From Eledone cirrhosa (lineage: Eukaryota): DNA of 64,000 nt. Location: NCBI GenBank assembly GCA_964016885.1, contig OZ024741.1, positions 231,322,001 to 231,386,000 on the forward strand, given 5' to 3'. Within the stretch, counting starts at the first letter, position 1. Each line of letters starts with the position of its first letter. The translations under genes were made by a program, and so were the position numbers. Positions 13,620 through 27,869 of the stretch are shown here, piece after piece. The notes beneath the pieces were generated by a model that did no database searches, was not told where the DNA came from, and saw nothing but the letters and a program-made list of their open reading frames with translations.

Positions 13620-14117
13620 TATATTGGTAAACGGAATAGAAAATGCTGACAAATTGTTCACAGTTGAAAAATGGTTTAATTAGAAATAAAATAGTATTAG
13701 TAATTGTATGGGTTAGTATTCAGTTGTGGTTTTAATTTTTTAAGTTTTTACCGATTGCGCATTTCTAAATGCTTTTCAAAAATAATTTTGAGATAGAGTG
13801 TCCGTGTTGTTTGCTCTGATGTGATTAGTTTTGGGAATTCTACCTGTTTTTATGTTTAAAAAGTGGCTCCAGCGCTACTTTGGTGTTTCAAAAATTCTTG
13901 TGGTCAAAACAATTTTGATTGGTCGGTAGAGGTCATGTGAATGTAAAAAATTGATTTTGCGCCAAGACTGTTTTTATGTTAAAAAAGTGGCACCAGCGCT
14001 ACTTGGTGTTTGCAAAAATTGTTTTGGTCAAAACAATTGTGATTGGTCGGTAGAGGTCATGTGAATAAAAAATTGGTTTTGCGCCAAGATTGAGAAATGA
14101 CTATATCACAACAAATA

Positions 14118-14160
<43 letters not shown>

Positions 14161-14229
14161 TAGTAGTAGTAAGGTATTCGATGTCGTGATAATGGTTAGC
14201 AGGGATGTTTGTCAAATGGCTATTAAGAT

Positions 14230-14280
<51 letters not shown>

Positions 14281-14612
14281 GCAGAGTAATTCGTGGTAGC
14301 AGGGATGGTCAGTAAGAATGTGTTTGTAAGCAATGTGAAAATATATTTTTCAGCTTTTGTCTTATACGGAGAAGTGCGTGTGTGTGTGTGTGTGTATAAG
14401 TCTCTTTGTATGTTAATGTACGCGTGTGTATGTGTGTGTGTATATATGTGTGTGTGTGAGTGTGGGTGAACCAGTATTTTTTTCCCCCTGGTAAAATGGT
14501 GTACATTATTCGATTTTTTCAGTAAAATCGGTTCTGTTAATAGAAAATCAAAAACCTTGACAATAAAAGGTGTGAAATGATATTCACTATATATATATAC
14601 ACATACATATAT

Positions 14613-14662
<50 letters not shown>

Positions 14663-15544
14663 TTTGTTTGTGTCGCACCATAGAGCATGTATGTTTACGT
14701 ATGTCATTGTGTTTATATATGGGTAGAGATGTGTGCTGATGTAGGTATGTATGTTGACGTGTGTATGTTGTGAGTTCGTCTTAGGGAGAAGTGTTTAGAC
14801 GGGGTCCGTATTTGTTAATGAAGTAAGATTCCTTGCTGATGCGCTGGGTGTGGGTGGCATTATCTTTAAATTTGTAGAGGGGAAAGATTCTGAAGTTGGG
14901 ATGATTTGGGGCGGCACAGGTATCAATGTGTTCACTCAGTGGTATTTTCCTGTATTCCCGTATTTTAATTTGGGATCTATGGACAGTCATGCGTTGGCGG
15001 AGGCTGTCTTTGGTCTGGCCTATGTATTGTTCTCGACAACCTGAGCAAGTTAATACATATATTAGATCTTCTGATGCGCATGTGAAATTGTGTTTTACTA
15101 TAAAACGTTGTCCTTCTTTGAAATAGAATTCCGAACCCTCTATTAGGTTGATGCAAATGCCACAGTTGGGTCTATCGCATTTCTTTACTGTGGGTTTCGT
15201 TGTTGTGGTTGGCAGTACTTTGGCATGTGTTAGGATGATTTTCATTGACTTGGATTGTTTTTTGCTCTTTATGATATCGTGTGTTCGTAGGATTTGGTTC
15301 ATTCTATGGTCCTTTTTCAACACAGGGGGGGAAAAAATACTGGTCCACCCCCACTCACACACACACATATATACACACACACATACACACGCGTACATTA
15401 ACATACAAAGAGACTTATACACACACACACGCACTTCTCCGTATAAGAGAAAAGCTGAAAAATATCTTTTGACATGCTAAAATACCCCCCATTGCTTACA
15501 GACACATTCTTACTGACCATACCTGCTACCACGAATTACTCTGT

Positions 15545-15631
<87 letters not shown>

Positions 15632-15703
15632 ATCTTAATAGCCATTTGACACACATCCCTGCTAACCATTATCACAACATCGAACACCTTACTACTACTA
15701 CTA

Positions 15704-15779
<76 letters not shown>

Positions 15780-16145
15780 TTGTTGTGAAAGAGTCATTTC
15801 TCAATCTTGGCGCAAAACCAATTTTTTATTCACATGACCTCTACCGACCAATCAAAATTGTTTTGACCACAAGAATTTTTGCAAACACCAAGTAGCGCTG
15901 GAGCCACTTTTTTAACATAAAAACAGGTAGAATTCCCAAAACTAATCAGATCAGAGCAAACAACACGGACACTATATCTCAAAATTATTTTTGAAAAGCA
16001 TTTAGAAATGCGCAACCGGTAAAAACTTAAAACTTAAAACCACAACTGAATACTAACCCATACAATTACTAATACTCTTTTATTCCTAATTAAACCATTT
16101 TTCAACTGTGAACAATTTGTCAGCATTTTCGATTCCGTTTACCAA

Positions 16146-16150
<5 letters not shown>
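13620..16150 (-). mobile_element. 5'-truncated PLE (Cys-rich linker plus GIY-YIG) with ~850-bp inverted duplication of its 3' region
   Basis: ORF part 14781-15320 reads CDRPNCGIC...TC....LIYVLTCSGC..QYIGQT..LRQRM..H...KE..FI.....LN. Segment 13620-14490 is the reverse complement of 15325-16150. Confidence 0.85.
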
Positions 16151-16179
<29 letters not shown>

Positions 16180-16259
16180 CACATATTGAGTTAAGAATTC
16201 AGGGGCGTCTCTCACAATTAAATAGCTCTAACAGAAAAGCTTTTCCGCGCCGTACAATA

Positions 16260-17030
16260 TAATTAAATAAACAAGAGAGATGAACACTAATATAAACATA
16301 CATGTGTTCGAATCGTAAGCATCAAATTTGCTAGGGTGAAAAATACTAACTACAGCAATATAGTTTGTTATCCTTATCTTTAAATATTAAATTAAAAAAT
16401 AATAAAGAAAAGTAACAGACCTATATTGGGCAAAATGCCTGCTAACAACCAGACAGTATTGGAGACTGTTACACAACGACTTATTAAGTGAAGTTATCAC
16501 GTTTCTCTGCTCCTCAGTAGTTGTTGAGAAATTAGTAATTCTTTCACTTCTAAAAATATGAGAGAATGAATTGTGTACGATATGATTCATCGCACGTGTC
16601 ATTTGGAACCCAGCTTGTCTCGAAATTCCTTGCCGCTACAAATAGCAGCCTGGCTGCGGCAGGGAATTTCGAGACAAGGTGGGTTCCGAATGACACAAAC
16701 GATAATTCATATCGTACACAATTCATTCTCTAATATTTTTAGAAGTGAAAGGATCACTAATTTCTCAAGAACTACTGAGGAGCGGAGAAACGTGAGAACT
16801 TCATTAATAAGTCGTTGCGAAACAGTCTCCAATACTGTCTAGTTGTTACCAGGCATTTTGCCCAATATAGGTCTGTTATTTTTCTTAATTTTTCTTAATT
16901 TAATATTTAAAGTTACGGATAACAAACTATATTGCTGTAGTTAGTATTTTCTCACCCTAGCAAATTTGGTCCTTACGATTCGAACACATGTATGTTTATA
17001 TTAGTGTTCATCTCTCTTGTTTTTGTTTAT
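16260..17030. repeat. ~770-bp imperfect palindrome of a non-coding HHR-bearing repeat
   Basis: 16260-16650 and 16655-17030 are reverse complements (e.g. GAGATGAACACTAATATAAACATACATGTGTTCGAATCG); each arm has an HHR. Confidence 0.88.
16770..16844 (+). ncRNA. Type I hammerhead with stable stem III and extended stem II; the mirror copy at 16446-16523 (-) has GAAA changed to GTAA
   Basis: AACTA-CTGAGGA-gc...gc-GAAA-CAGT ctccaat ACTG-TC-TAGTT; GUC triplet with predicted cut after 16839. Confidence 0.78.
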
Positions 17031-17106
17031 TCAATTATATATATATATTTAAATATATGTAAATATATATTTATAAATATAAATATATATAACTATAAAC
17101 ATTTCA

Positions 17107-17167
<61 letters not shown>

Positions 17168-17170
<3 letters not shown>

Positions 17171-18570
17171 CATCATCATCACCGTTTTACGTCCGTTCTT
17201 CCATGCTAGCATGGGTTAGACGGGTTGTCCTGGTGTGGGCAGTGTCTGGTCTGCTGACCATGCCTTGCTCATACAGGAACTGATTTTGGCTTAATTTTTA
17301 CTGCTGGATGCCCTTCCTAACACCAACCTCATTTACAGTCAGTGATGGGTGCTTTTTCCGTGGAGCCTACACATCCACTTTACAGTGTGGGCTGGGTGCT
17401 TTTGTGCCATGGCACCTCTACGACCACCTTGCAGTGGGAAGGTGTGGGGGCATATTCTATATGCTTCAGCTTGTACCCATGGGAGGTCGGGTACTCTCTA
17501 TTACTGCGTGACGCCAGAGGTCACGGTCGTGTGTCATCGCCTTTGAGAGGTGTAATTGGGTAAGGTCGGCTTTTATCACATCATCCCATGTCTTCTTGGG
17601 TCTCCCCACTCCGCTGTTTCCATTGACTTCTAGTGCTCTGCACCTTTTTATGCAGTTGTCATCCTTCATACGCATCACATGTCCATACCAACGCAACCGC
17701 CTCTCCCGCACACAGCATTTGATTCCTCTTATGCTTAGTCTCTCTCTCTCAATTCGTTTATGCTTTGTCGTTCGCGTATATTACTATTACACATCCATCG
17801 GAGCATGCAGGCTTCGTTTCTTTCTAATCTACGTAAGTCTTCCACCTTCAGCGCCCATGTCTCACTACCATGTAACATTGCTGTTCGGATAGACGCTTCA
17901 TACAGTCTGTTCATTTTGAGGGAGAAGCCTTTTGCAGCTAGCAGTGGCTGTAGTTCCCTGAACTTCTTCCATCCCATTCTTACCCTAGTTATTGTACTTT
18001 CTGAACACCCACCTGCGCTGCTAATTCGTTCACCTAGGTAGCAGAAGCTGTCTACTGTTTCTACAGAGCCATCCCAGAGATTGGTGGTACTTGTTTCCTG
18101 TGGCTGTCTGCTGCTTGCTGCCCCAGCACAGCTGCTGCATGTGAAGCCTACATTCTTAATTAAGCTTCCTGAGATCCCGCAACATCTCTTGTGCACCCTT
18201 GTTTGCATTTGGGACAGAGGAATGGAATTCCTACCTACACCTATCCTACATACTGAGCAAGGCCATTTCCCTGAGGGGATCTGGGTTCTGTTTTCTCGTC
18301 TACTTACAAGGACCTTAGTCTTTGTCATGTTGACTTTGAGACCCTTTTTTTCTTGTCCCTGCTTCCAAGTTTGGAATTTCTTCACTAGTTCTACCATAGA
18401 TTCAGCTATAAGTGCGAGGTCATCAGCATACAGGTGTTCCCGTGGGCATCCGGTCTTAAACTCGTCCATTATTGTCTGGACTATGATGAACAGGAGAGGG
18501 CTAGGAACAGAGCCCTGGTGGACACCAACCTGTACGCTAAATTCCTCGCTATACACATTGCTAATCCTAA
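17168..18570 (-). mobile_element. 5'-truncated RTE-clade LINE (RT with embedded PHD-like finger)
   Basis: GVHQGS..SPLLF, LYADDLAL, CSVC...VHKRC...C..C, FCYLG, LHGSETW, RRLRWYGHV.R, GRPKKTW; 3' tail (GAT)n at ~17168-17180. Confidence 0.88.
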
Positions 18571-18849
18571 CTTTATATATGTGTATATATATGTGTATAA
18601 ATATATATCTATACGTATATATAAAACTGTAGTTGTCTGTGTGTCCATATTTTTGCAAATTCTTTACAAATCCACATTTCTATTCCGATTGACTTCAAAT
18701 TTCCATTTATATTTTCCTTGCGGTCTAAAGATATTAATTGCAGCTTTTATTTTTCTATTTTGTGTTGTTAAAGGGGTGTTAGCCGCTGCTTATCGATCTC
18801 CGTCTCACCCTTATAATATCTGTCCGTATGACTGTCTGTCTGCATTTCG

Positions 18850-19062
18850 ACATTATGACGAACATTGATGACGTATTATATTCGCTATATTCCGTTCATT
18901 GTCAGAGAAGTTCTTCACGAACCAAAGTATCGTTTTCCTCTTTTCCTTCGGTTGCAACGTTTTTCGAAATATTTACTTCGTCGTCCACAGATTGATTTTT
19001 ATAGTGTCAGAAGACCCCGGAAAGGGTGAAAGCAGCGAGTCTTTGCTTAAACTTTAATCTGT
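18850..19062 (+). mobile_element. Solo PLE terminal repeat with variant HHR at 19003-19053
   Basis: Reverse complement of 23780-23950 and 63735-63890, which follow GIY-YIG coding ends; core CAGAAGA-c-ccc...ggg-t-GAAA-gca...tgc-TT-aaact. Confidence 0.7.
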
Positions 19063-19067
19063 TATTT

Positions 19068-19775
19068 TAATATATAATATAAGCGAGGCAAGCCAGCACA
19101 GGTGCCATTTCTTGCCAATAAATATTAACCCTTTGTGCGCCAGTCAGCTAACTGTAGACCAACAAATACCAACTAAACGGAGTTGTTGACAAGAACGATG
19201 GCGAATGAATCTTCGAGGTACGCAGTTTCATCCCGTGCTGTTACTTCACGCGGGATTCTCTGCTACATCTTTTCTTAATAATACGAACAATGTACAGCTG
19301 GTCACTCCTTCCTCTCAAAACCGTACGAAGTGGACATGTGTTTCGGGCAGATGGATCGGGTGCAAATCTACACCAGGCCTACGCGAGAAATTCGCAAGGG
19401 ACTGCACCGAGAGGTATAGAGAGAAAGAGTGACTTAGTGGAAAGAGTGCGAAGGAAATTTTGAGGTAAGTAGCCTACGCCTTACTGCCACTGCACTGGAA
19501 CCTTCTGCCAACTTAACCTGTGACTTTCTCTTTCACATTTACTCCAATAGGCCAAAACAGAGGAATATGAAAAAAAGGGGCTCAACAATAGTGCTATGAA
19601 CAATGCACGTAGACAGCTAAACTGTCCTTTCAACTTCTTAATTTTCTCCAAATAAAACAAGTCTCCTTTCGGTATATTTTCGTGACTTTTTAACAGGAAC
19701 TCACAAATAAACATTTCTCATTGGAGGTGCTATTACCAATGTTCTTAGCCGTGCAACGCCGTGTTACACTGCTAC
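19068..19775 (+). mobile_element. Possible non-autonomous Helitron
   Basis: TATATAATATAAG-type start and a GC-rich subterminal CCGTGCAACGCCG followed by CTAC (CTAG-like); no coding sequence. Confidence 0.3.
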
Positions 19776-19940
19776 ATAAATATAAATATCGAGGTGGAGG
19801 ATTTGTGGATTTTCTCGAGAAAGGCCACACAACCTCCATCTCGATTCTACTTTTGAAAAGCATAAGAACTGGAAACCGGTAAAGGAACCAAATAAATATT
19901 CTTAAAAAGCCTCCGTTGCATTTTTGATTTCATCTTTTTT

Positions 19941-21023
<1,083 letters not shown>

Positions 21024-21089
21024 AGATATGTTACTCCGGCTTGAATCGGAGGTAACCACAGTCAGTAAGGTACTCAATACATAGCAGAG

Positions 21090-22008
21090 TATAACAAGTT
21101 TAATATAGAAGAGCTACTACAGGACTAGAACTGTTTCATTTGTGAGGAATCATCAGGGAGTTGGCTCTCAACGTAAGTAGTGGTATTTATATCTTTTCTT
21201 TTCTGGTGGTAGGGGTGGGTGGGGATTGGAATGAGTGGAGGTCATTGGTTGAAGGATTTAAAGAAAAGGGAGTTCATTAAAACCTAATTCATTAAAGCTA
21301 TAGTATTATCAAAGGCAGGGAGAATACTGTAAGCAAAATCATATTTGGAATGCCAATCCTAGTTTATCACTTAGACTAACAATGCCTATATGTGTATACA
21401 TATGTGTATATATTTGTATATGTGTATGTGTGTATGTACCATTATGTTTGTTGTGTGTGTGCTTGCTTGTGTGTGCGTGCGTGTATGTGTGTGTACGTGT
21501 GTAAGTCGGCGAGTGTGAGAATGTGCTTGTCGACACCTGGAATATATATTAAGAAAAACTTCATAATAAGGGGAATCACCCCAAAACTTGAATCAGTTGA
21601 TGGAACACTCTCTGCCTTTGTCATTCTTATTCAAGCCTTAAAGAATTAGATACTAAAGAATTTCTCTTTTCTTTAAACCATTGGACCCCATCTATCCTGT
21701 AGACACATGTCTTACAGGCATTGTTAGTCTAACTGATAAACTAGGATTGGTATTCCAAATATGATTTTGCTTACAGTATTCTTCCTGCCTTTGATAATAC
21801 TATAGCTTTAAAGAATTAGCTTTTAATGAAGTCTCATTTTTTAAATCCTTCAACCAATGACCTCCACCCATCCCAAACACCACCCTCTCCTACCGCCAGA
21901 AAAAAAAAGATATAAATACCATTACTTACATGGACAGCTAGCTCCCTGATTATTTCTCACCAATGAAACAGTTCTACTTCTGTAGAAGCTCTTCTATATT
22001 AGAACTGT
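21090..22008. repeat. Inverted pair of an HHR-bearing non-coding repeat (21090-21385 and 21715-22008)
   Basis: The arms are reverse complements. HHR at 21112-21162 (-) reads aactcc-CTGATGA-ttcctcacaaat-GAAA-CAG ttctagtc CTG-TA-gtagct; the + copy at 21940-21990 has CTGATTA. Confidence 0.75.
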
Positions 22009-22029
22009 ATATATATATATATATATAAA

Positions 22030-23437
22030 ATATGAAATAAACCTGCTGCGGGGTTGCTAATGGGTTACATATGAATAAAGTTAGTCCTTCATCAGTGATC
22101 TTCCAACCATCATTGGTATTTCATCGCTTTAAAGACCATATACCTCCGGTTGGTGCGAGCAACGGCTAAAAAAGTCGTTGGGACACGTAAATAAAGGGGA
22201 CACGAGTGTAAACAAACAAAAATGGTGAAGCAACGAAAAGTGAGGAAGAAGGAGTTACGTCCCAAATTTCTATTAATTTAAATTCGGTGAAATCGTGAAC
22301 GAGAGAGAATAAAGACCATCAAACCTGGTTGAAATGTGAGCAAGGAAGGAATTTCGCAACAGGTCTAACGGGAGGAATATTCTAAATAGCAACTCACTAT
22401 AATTCTATATAGCGTAACATTTATTAGTACCTCTTTCTCTCTCTCGTCTACGATTTCACAGAACTTATGTTTACCGAATTCACAGACGAGACCCCTTCTT
22501 CCTCCCGTTAGACCTGTGCGAAATTCCTTCCTTGCTTACATTCCAACCAGGTTTGATGGTCTTTATTCTCTCTCGTTCACGATTTCACCGAATTTAAATT
22601 CATAGAAATTTGGTTCTTGACTCCTTCTTCCTCACCTTTCGTTGCTTCACCATTTTTGTTTGTTTACACTCGTGTCCCCTTTATTTACGTGTCCCAACGA
22701 CTTTTTTTAGCCGTTGCTCGCACACAACCGGAGGTATATGGTCTTTAAATCGATGAAATACCAATGATGATTCGAAGATCACTGATGAAGGACTAACTTT
22801 ATTCATATGTAACCCATTAGCAACCCCGCAGCACGTTTATTTCATATTTACACATATTTTTTCCCCTGCTGTTAGCCGTCTATTTCGTTCTTACTGCTTC
22901 CTCTTTCTCTGTATCTTTACTCTCTCTAGCAGTCACTCTCTCTGTTAGCCTCTTCCTCACCCTTCACTCACTCATTCTCCGTTACTACCTCTCCTCCTCC
23001 TCCTTCTTCCCGTTTGACCTGTGCGTAATTCTTTTCTTTCGCACGCTTGGCCAGGGCGGTCGGTATTTTTTCTCTCTCTCGTCTACGATTTCACAGAACT
23101 TATGTTTACCGAATTCACAGACTAGACCCCTTCTTTCTCCCGTTAGACCTGTGCGAAATTCCTTCCTTGCTCACATTTCAACCAGGTTTGATGGTCTTTA
23201 TTCTCTCTCGTTCACGATTTCACCGAATTTAAATTCATAGAAATTTGGGACTTGACTCCTTCTTCCTCACTTTTCGTTGCTTCACCATTTTTGTTTGTTT
23301 ACACTCGTGTTCCCTTTATTTACGTGTCCCAACGAGTTTTTTAGCCGCTGCTCGCACCAACCGGCGGTATATGGTCTTTAAAGCGATGAAATATCAATGA
23401 TGGTTGGAAGATCACTGATGAAGGACTAACTTTATTC

Positions 23438-23440
<3 letters not shown>
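22030..23440. repeat. Non-coding repeat family: one inverted copy (22030-22380) and two direct copies (22430-22850, 23000-23440); diverged relative at 23560-23750
   Basis: Shared blocks GACCTGTGCGAAATTCCTTCCTTGC and GATCACTGATGAAGGACTAAC; (TA)n on both sides. Confidence 0.85.
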
Positions 23441-23504
<64 letters not shown>

Positions 23505-23779
23505 CATATATATATACATATATATATATATGTATACATATATATATGTATATATTATGTATTTCCTCTCTTTTCGTTGCATACCACCATGTGTTTGTTT
23601 TCTTCCCTCCGTTTTCCCACTGTCCCGATAACTTAATTGAGTTATCGCTCGCACTGATTTTAGGTATATAGTCTTTAATGCGCCGAAACCTCAACGATAA
23701 ATCAGAAGACTACTGAAGAGGACATTTTAACCCTTGTCTATTTTTATTCATATAAATAGATGTATCTATATATAGATGT

Positions 23780-25560
23780 ATATTTATTAAAATAACAGAT
23801 TAAAGATTAAGCAAAAATCGGTGCTTTCACCCTTAACAGGATCTTCTGAAGCTAAACAAATCAATATGTGAACGCAGAAGTAAATATTTCGAAAAACGTT
23901 GCAACCGAAGGAAGACGATACTTTGGTTCGTGGAGACGCTCCTCGCAATGAACACAAAAAAAACAATATAATACGTCATTATGTGGAGCGGTGAGAACAA
24001 TTACACGCAAAGACAAAACCACGTTTATGGTATAATTGAAGCCGTAGACTAAAATTCTATTTAGAAAACCGAATGATTCTCGGCTTCAGAGTTAAGAATA
24101 ATGTAGATAAATTACAGAGGTTATTGAAATCAACAATAATTAATTATATACGCGCATCCATGTAGTACATACACATGCATACGCAAGAACACCCGCAATG
24201 GGTATGCAAATACAGGCACGTACACAAAAACACGCGCACACATACAAAACCCACGCAACGCCTGTCCCCGCACACATAAGAACGTATAAACCAAATACAC
24301 ATAAAACAGATATGAAAAAAAATATATATATATACATGCGTGTATGTGTGTGCGTGTATGCATATAATTATATAAACGTATATAAATATACACACATAAA
24401 TACGTATATAGCACGCGCACAAACATATCTACATGTAAATACACATATGTTCGCTAAACGTACGTCAACCAAACCACAAATTACACATGTACACATACCC
24501 TTCATACGTGAAAACCCGCATACACACAGAAAGGCAAAATTCATGTATACAGATAACCATATACAGATGTACCATTACATATAATATAATATATACGCCT
24601 ATAACAAATACAAGCAAATATACGTACGAGAAAGTATACGTACCTTCACAAAACATACAGGTAGTATATACTTACCTATACAAATAAGTAGTGGTGTTAA
24701 CATAAAATATACTTAGCTACGCATCAAGATATAAATTATCCGCGTATAAATCGTACTATCCGTTAGGGTATAATGTGGGGCTGTAATACAGAAAAATTTT
24801 GTGCAATTTATCTTTACAAGACGAAATTGCCTGATATTTATTTTTGAGATGTGGTCATTGGCGTAGAGTATTTCCAGGGCTTCAGCGGCGCAGAGGTCAC
24901 ATGGTCTTTTATTTCCGTTATACGATCTAGCCACAGCTAGGATCTCCCAGTGTAACCTATAGTGGGTGAGGTTATCTTTTAGGCTCCAGATATAAGCTGA
25001 AAGTGACGTCATATTCCTTCTTAAGTAACGAAAATAATGGTTATGCATGTAAAGACGCTGCTTGAATCTATAGGCGGTTAACCCTATGTAGGCCCTACGG
25101 GACATGTGTGATTCGACCTTACATTTGGAGAAAATGTTACTAGAAAGGCATTTCCCGTATAGGGCGCAGTCAAGCCGATTCCTACAATTACAGTTAGTAC
25201 TAGCTACAGGGCTGCACGTGTTCCTATGGCTAGGTAATTTAGCTAAATTTGAAGCAGTGATGTTATGTGCAAGGTTAGGAGTCGTAGTGTAAGAAATTCA
25301 ATGGTATTTCTATTAAAAATGTTATTATATTTATGTGCTGGTTGGAAATGATTCATAATAAGGGAGAGAAAGATCGTAGCTAATGTTGTGGCCACCTCCA
25401 TATTATATGGTGGGTTATACAATATAATGCGTCGGGATCTATGTTTCCTAGGTCTATGTTCATACTCGGTATATGCTACCTTATCGGCAAATCCATCTCC
25501 GAGCAAGAGCTTCGTTTTAAAGATCTTTCTCTCCCTTTTTAAAGAAGCATTTCCCACCAG
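23780..25560 (-). mobile_element. 5'-truncated PLE (GIY-YIG, same type as 4671-5312) with variant HHR at 23804-23853
   Basis: RRIILYNPPY...FNRNT (25243-25500), CNCRN..DCAL, YIGLT..FKQR..H...LS.YIW.LK...CDLC..E (24713-25105). Confidence 0.85.
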
Positions 25561-25569
25561 CACATAAAT

Positions 25570-25905
25570 ATAATACAAATACCCATTCTTGGTGCTGCTG
25601 CTGAATGTCAGAGGCCCGGTGAAACTCACTAACATGAGTAAAATCTACTACCTGGGACACTTAGCCATAAGCAATCATGCATTATTCATGGCACTAACCG
25701 AAATGCACCTGACAAGCAGTATAACAGATGCAAAAATACATATATCGAAATATACTGTATTTCGTTCGGACAGGAAGGAGAGAACTCGTGGTGGGGTTGC
25801 TCTGTATATCCGTGATGATGTCACACCAATTGTACTGTTGACACATTTAAACTCAGTCTGTGACACACTGATAGTACATATGAAGCAACTAAAGACATGT
25901 GCAAA
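25570..25905 (+). mobile_element. CR1/L2-type LINE AP-endonuclease N-terminal fragment
   Basis: LLNVRG...ALTE.HL...YTVFRSDR..RTRGGVALYIRD; it truncates the adjacent repeat unit. Confidence 0.75.
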
Positions 25906-25911
25906 TAAAGA

Positions 25912-26633
25912 CATAAAGCTTGAATCTAGTACAGCGTTCCTTTGTCAGTGTTGAACAAATGAGCAACGATGGTTGCTAAACACTGTACGGCTTATTTCGG
26001 GATGTTTGTTTACAATCACACCGAGCATTATAATAAATGTTAGGTGAATCCATACGTACATATATATATATGTTGGCATGTATGTATATATATATACATA
26101 CTACTGTACGTCTGTATAAATATATGTATGTACGTATACATACGTATATTTTAGTAACAACCGTACTAAGAGTGAGAAATGAAATTTCGTTTCATTTTTT
26201 CCGTTTATCGTTTTCGGTACCCCGGCCGATTAACTCACTCGATATGCAAATTAGGCTGCTCAGCCGTTAATATGCATAAGGAAATTATATACTCTAAGAC
26301 GTTCAATCTTCTGGTAGGAAGGTATACGTTGCTGACGGTAGCTAATAAGCCTGAAACTAGTACAGCGTTCCTTTGTCAGTGTTGAACAAATGAGCAACGA
26401 TGGTTGCTAGACACTACACGGCTTAATTCGGGATGTTTGTTTACAAACACACCGAGCATTATAATAAATGTTCGGTGAATCCATATGTACATATATATAT
26501 GTGTGCATGTATGTAATATATATATACATACTACTGTACGTTTGTATACATATATGTATGTACGCATACATACTTATATTTATGTAACAGCCTTACTAAG
26601 AGTGAAAAATGAAATTTCGTTTCATTCATTCCG

Positions 26634-26640
<7 letters not shown>
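25912..26640 (+). repeat. Array 2 of the ~435-bp HHR repeat (~1.7 units, head to tail)
   Basis: HHR 3' half at ~25917-25938 (GAAT) and full motif at 26326-26368 (CTGACGG); period ~430 bp. Confidence 0.88.
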
Positions 26641-26688
<48 letters not shown>

Positions 26689-27072
26689 GTTTATATATTT
26701 ATGTATATGCACATATCGTGTATTTCTTTATTTTTAAATTATTTTTATTTTTTCCCTCTCCTCATACGTATCGTTGTCAACACGTATCCTTTTGTCTTCA
26801 ATTTGGTTTTGCTTTTGACTTTGAATTTTTTTATCTTATTCATTTATGTTTTATTTTATTATTACTACTTCATGTATATGTATGTGTATGTATTCCTGTC
26901 CCTGTCTTTTGTCGCATATACACTTATGTGAATAAGTATACGTCTACGTACTTTTTAAGTATATGCGCGCGGTTGTGAGTGTCTGTATATTTTTGTTCTG
27001 GATATTTATTGTTTATATATGAATATCCAACAAATTAAATTTAACCTCTACAGACACACACACACACACATA

Positions 27073-27115
<43 letters not shown>

Positions 27116-27531
27116 TAAATTATGTCCTTATAATTATTAGATAAGATATATACCATTTCCATAATTAACCATATAAAAAATCAATTAGACCAGGCTATAA
27201 GAATAAAGGCGCCAATGAAGAAATTTCCGACAAATAACCGAAATCGGCCTCTTCGCGGTGGCCCCAATAGAGTATTTATCCAACATTTCAACAACATGTA
27301 AAAACTGACCGTCAACCATACAAAATTAGGTGTAAATTCAAACTTAGAAGAAATGTGTACATACCGTAATTATATCTCTACCATGGTATATATTTTATCT
27401 AATAATTCTAAGGACATGATTTATGATATATTGCTCTGATTATATAATTTATTAATTCTTCATTGACCCACAACGTGACCGGTTGCAACATATATATCTA
27501 TGACTTTATGTATATGTAAATCTTTATGTAC

Positions 27532-27617
<86 letters not shown>

Positions 27618-27869
27618 ATATATATATATTTATATGTTTTAATATTATTTTTCTTTCCCCTCTTCTTCTCTGCCCGTTTTTTCCTCACCCTCGATTTCAT
27701 ATTTCTTAAATTTTGTTTTCAAATCAATATTTAATAAAAACACCATGCTTTTTATTCACTCTGACGACTGAAAACATACATCTGCTTTCAAGAACCACTT
27801 TTAAATGAAATAATTATCTGATATTGTTTATTACATAACTAATATACATAAATATATATATATATATAT

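Noticed and set aside
13639-13680. CTGACAA-attgt tc acagt t-GAAA
   Set aside because: G8 is missing, there is no stem I or III partner, and it is antisense to the element.
27207-27265. ATGAAGA...CCGAAA...TGGC possible relic hammerhead
   Set aside because: C3 is absent, stem II is unpaired and there is no clear UH; too degenerate to call.
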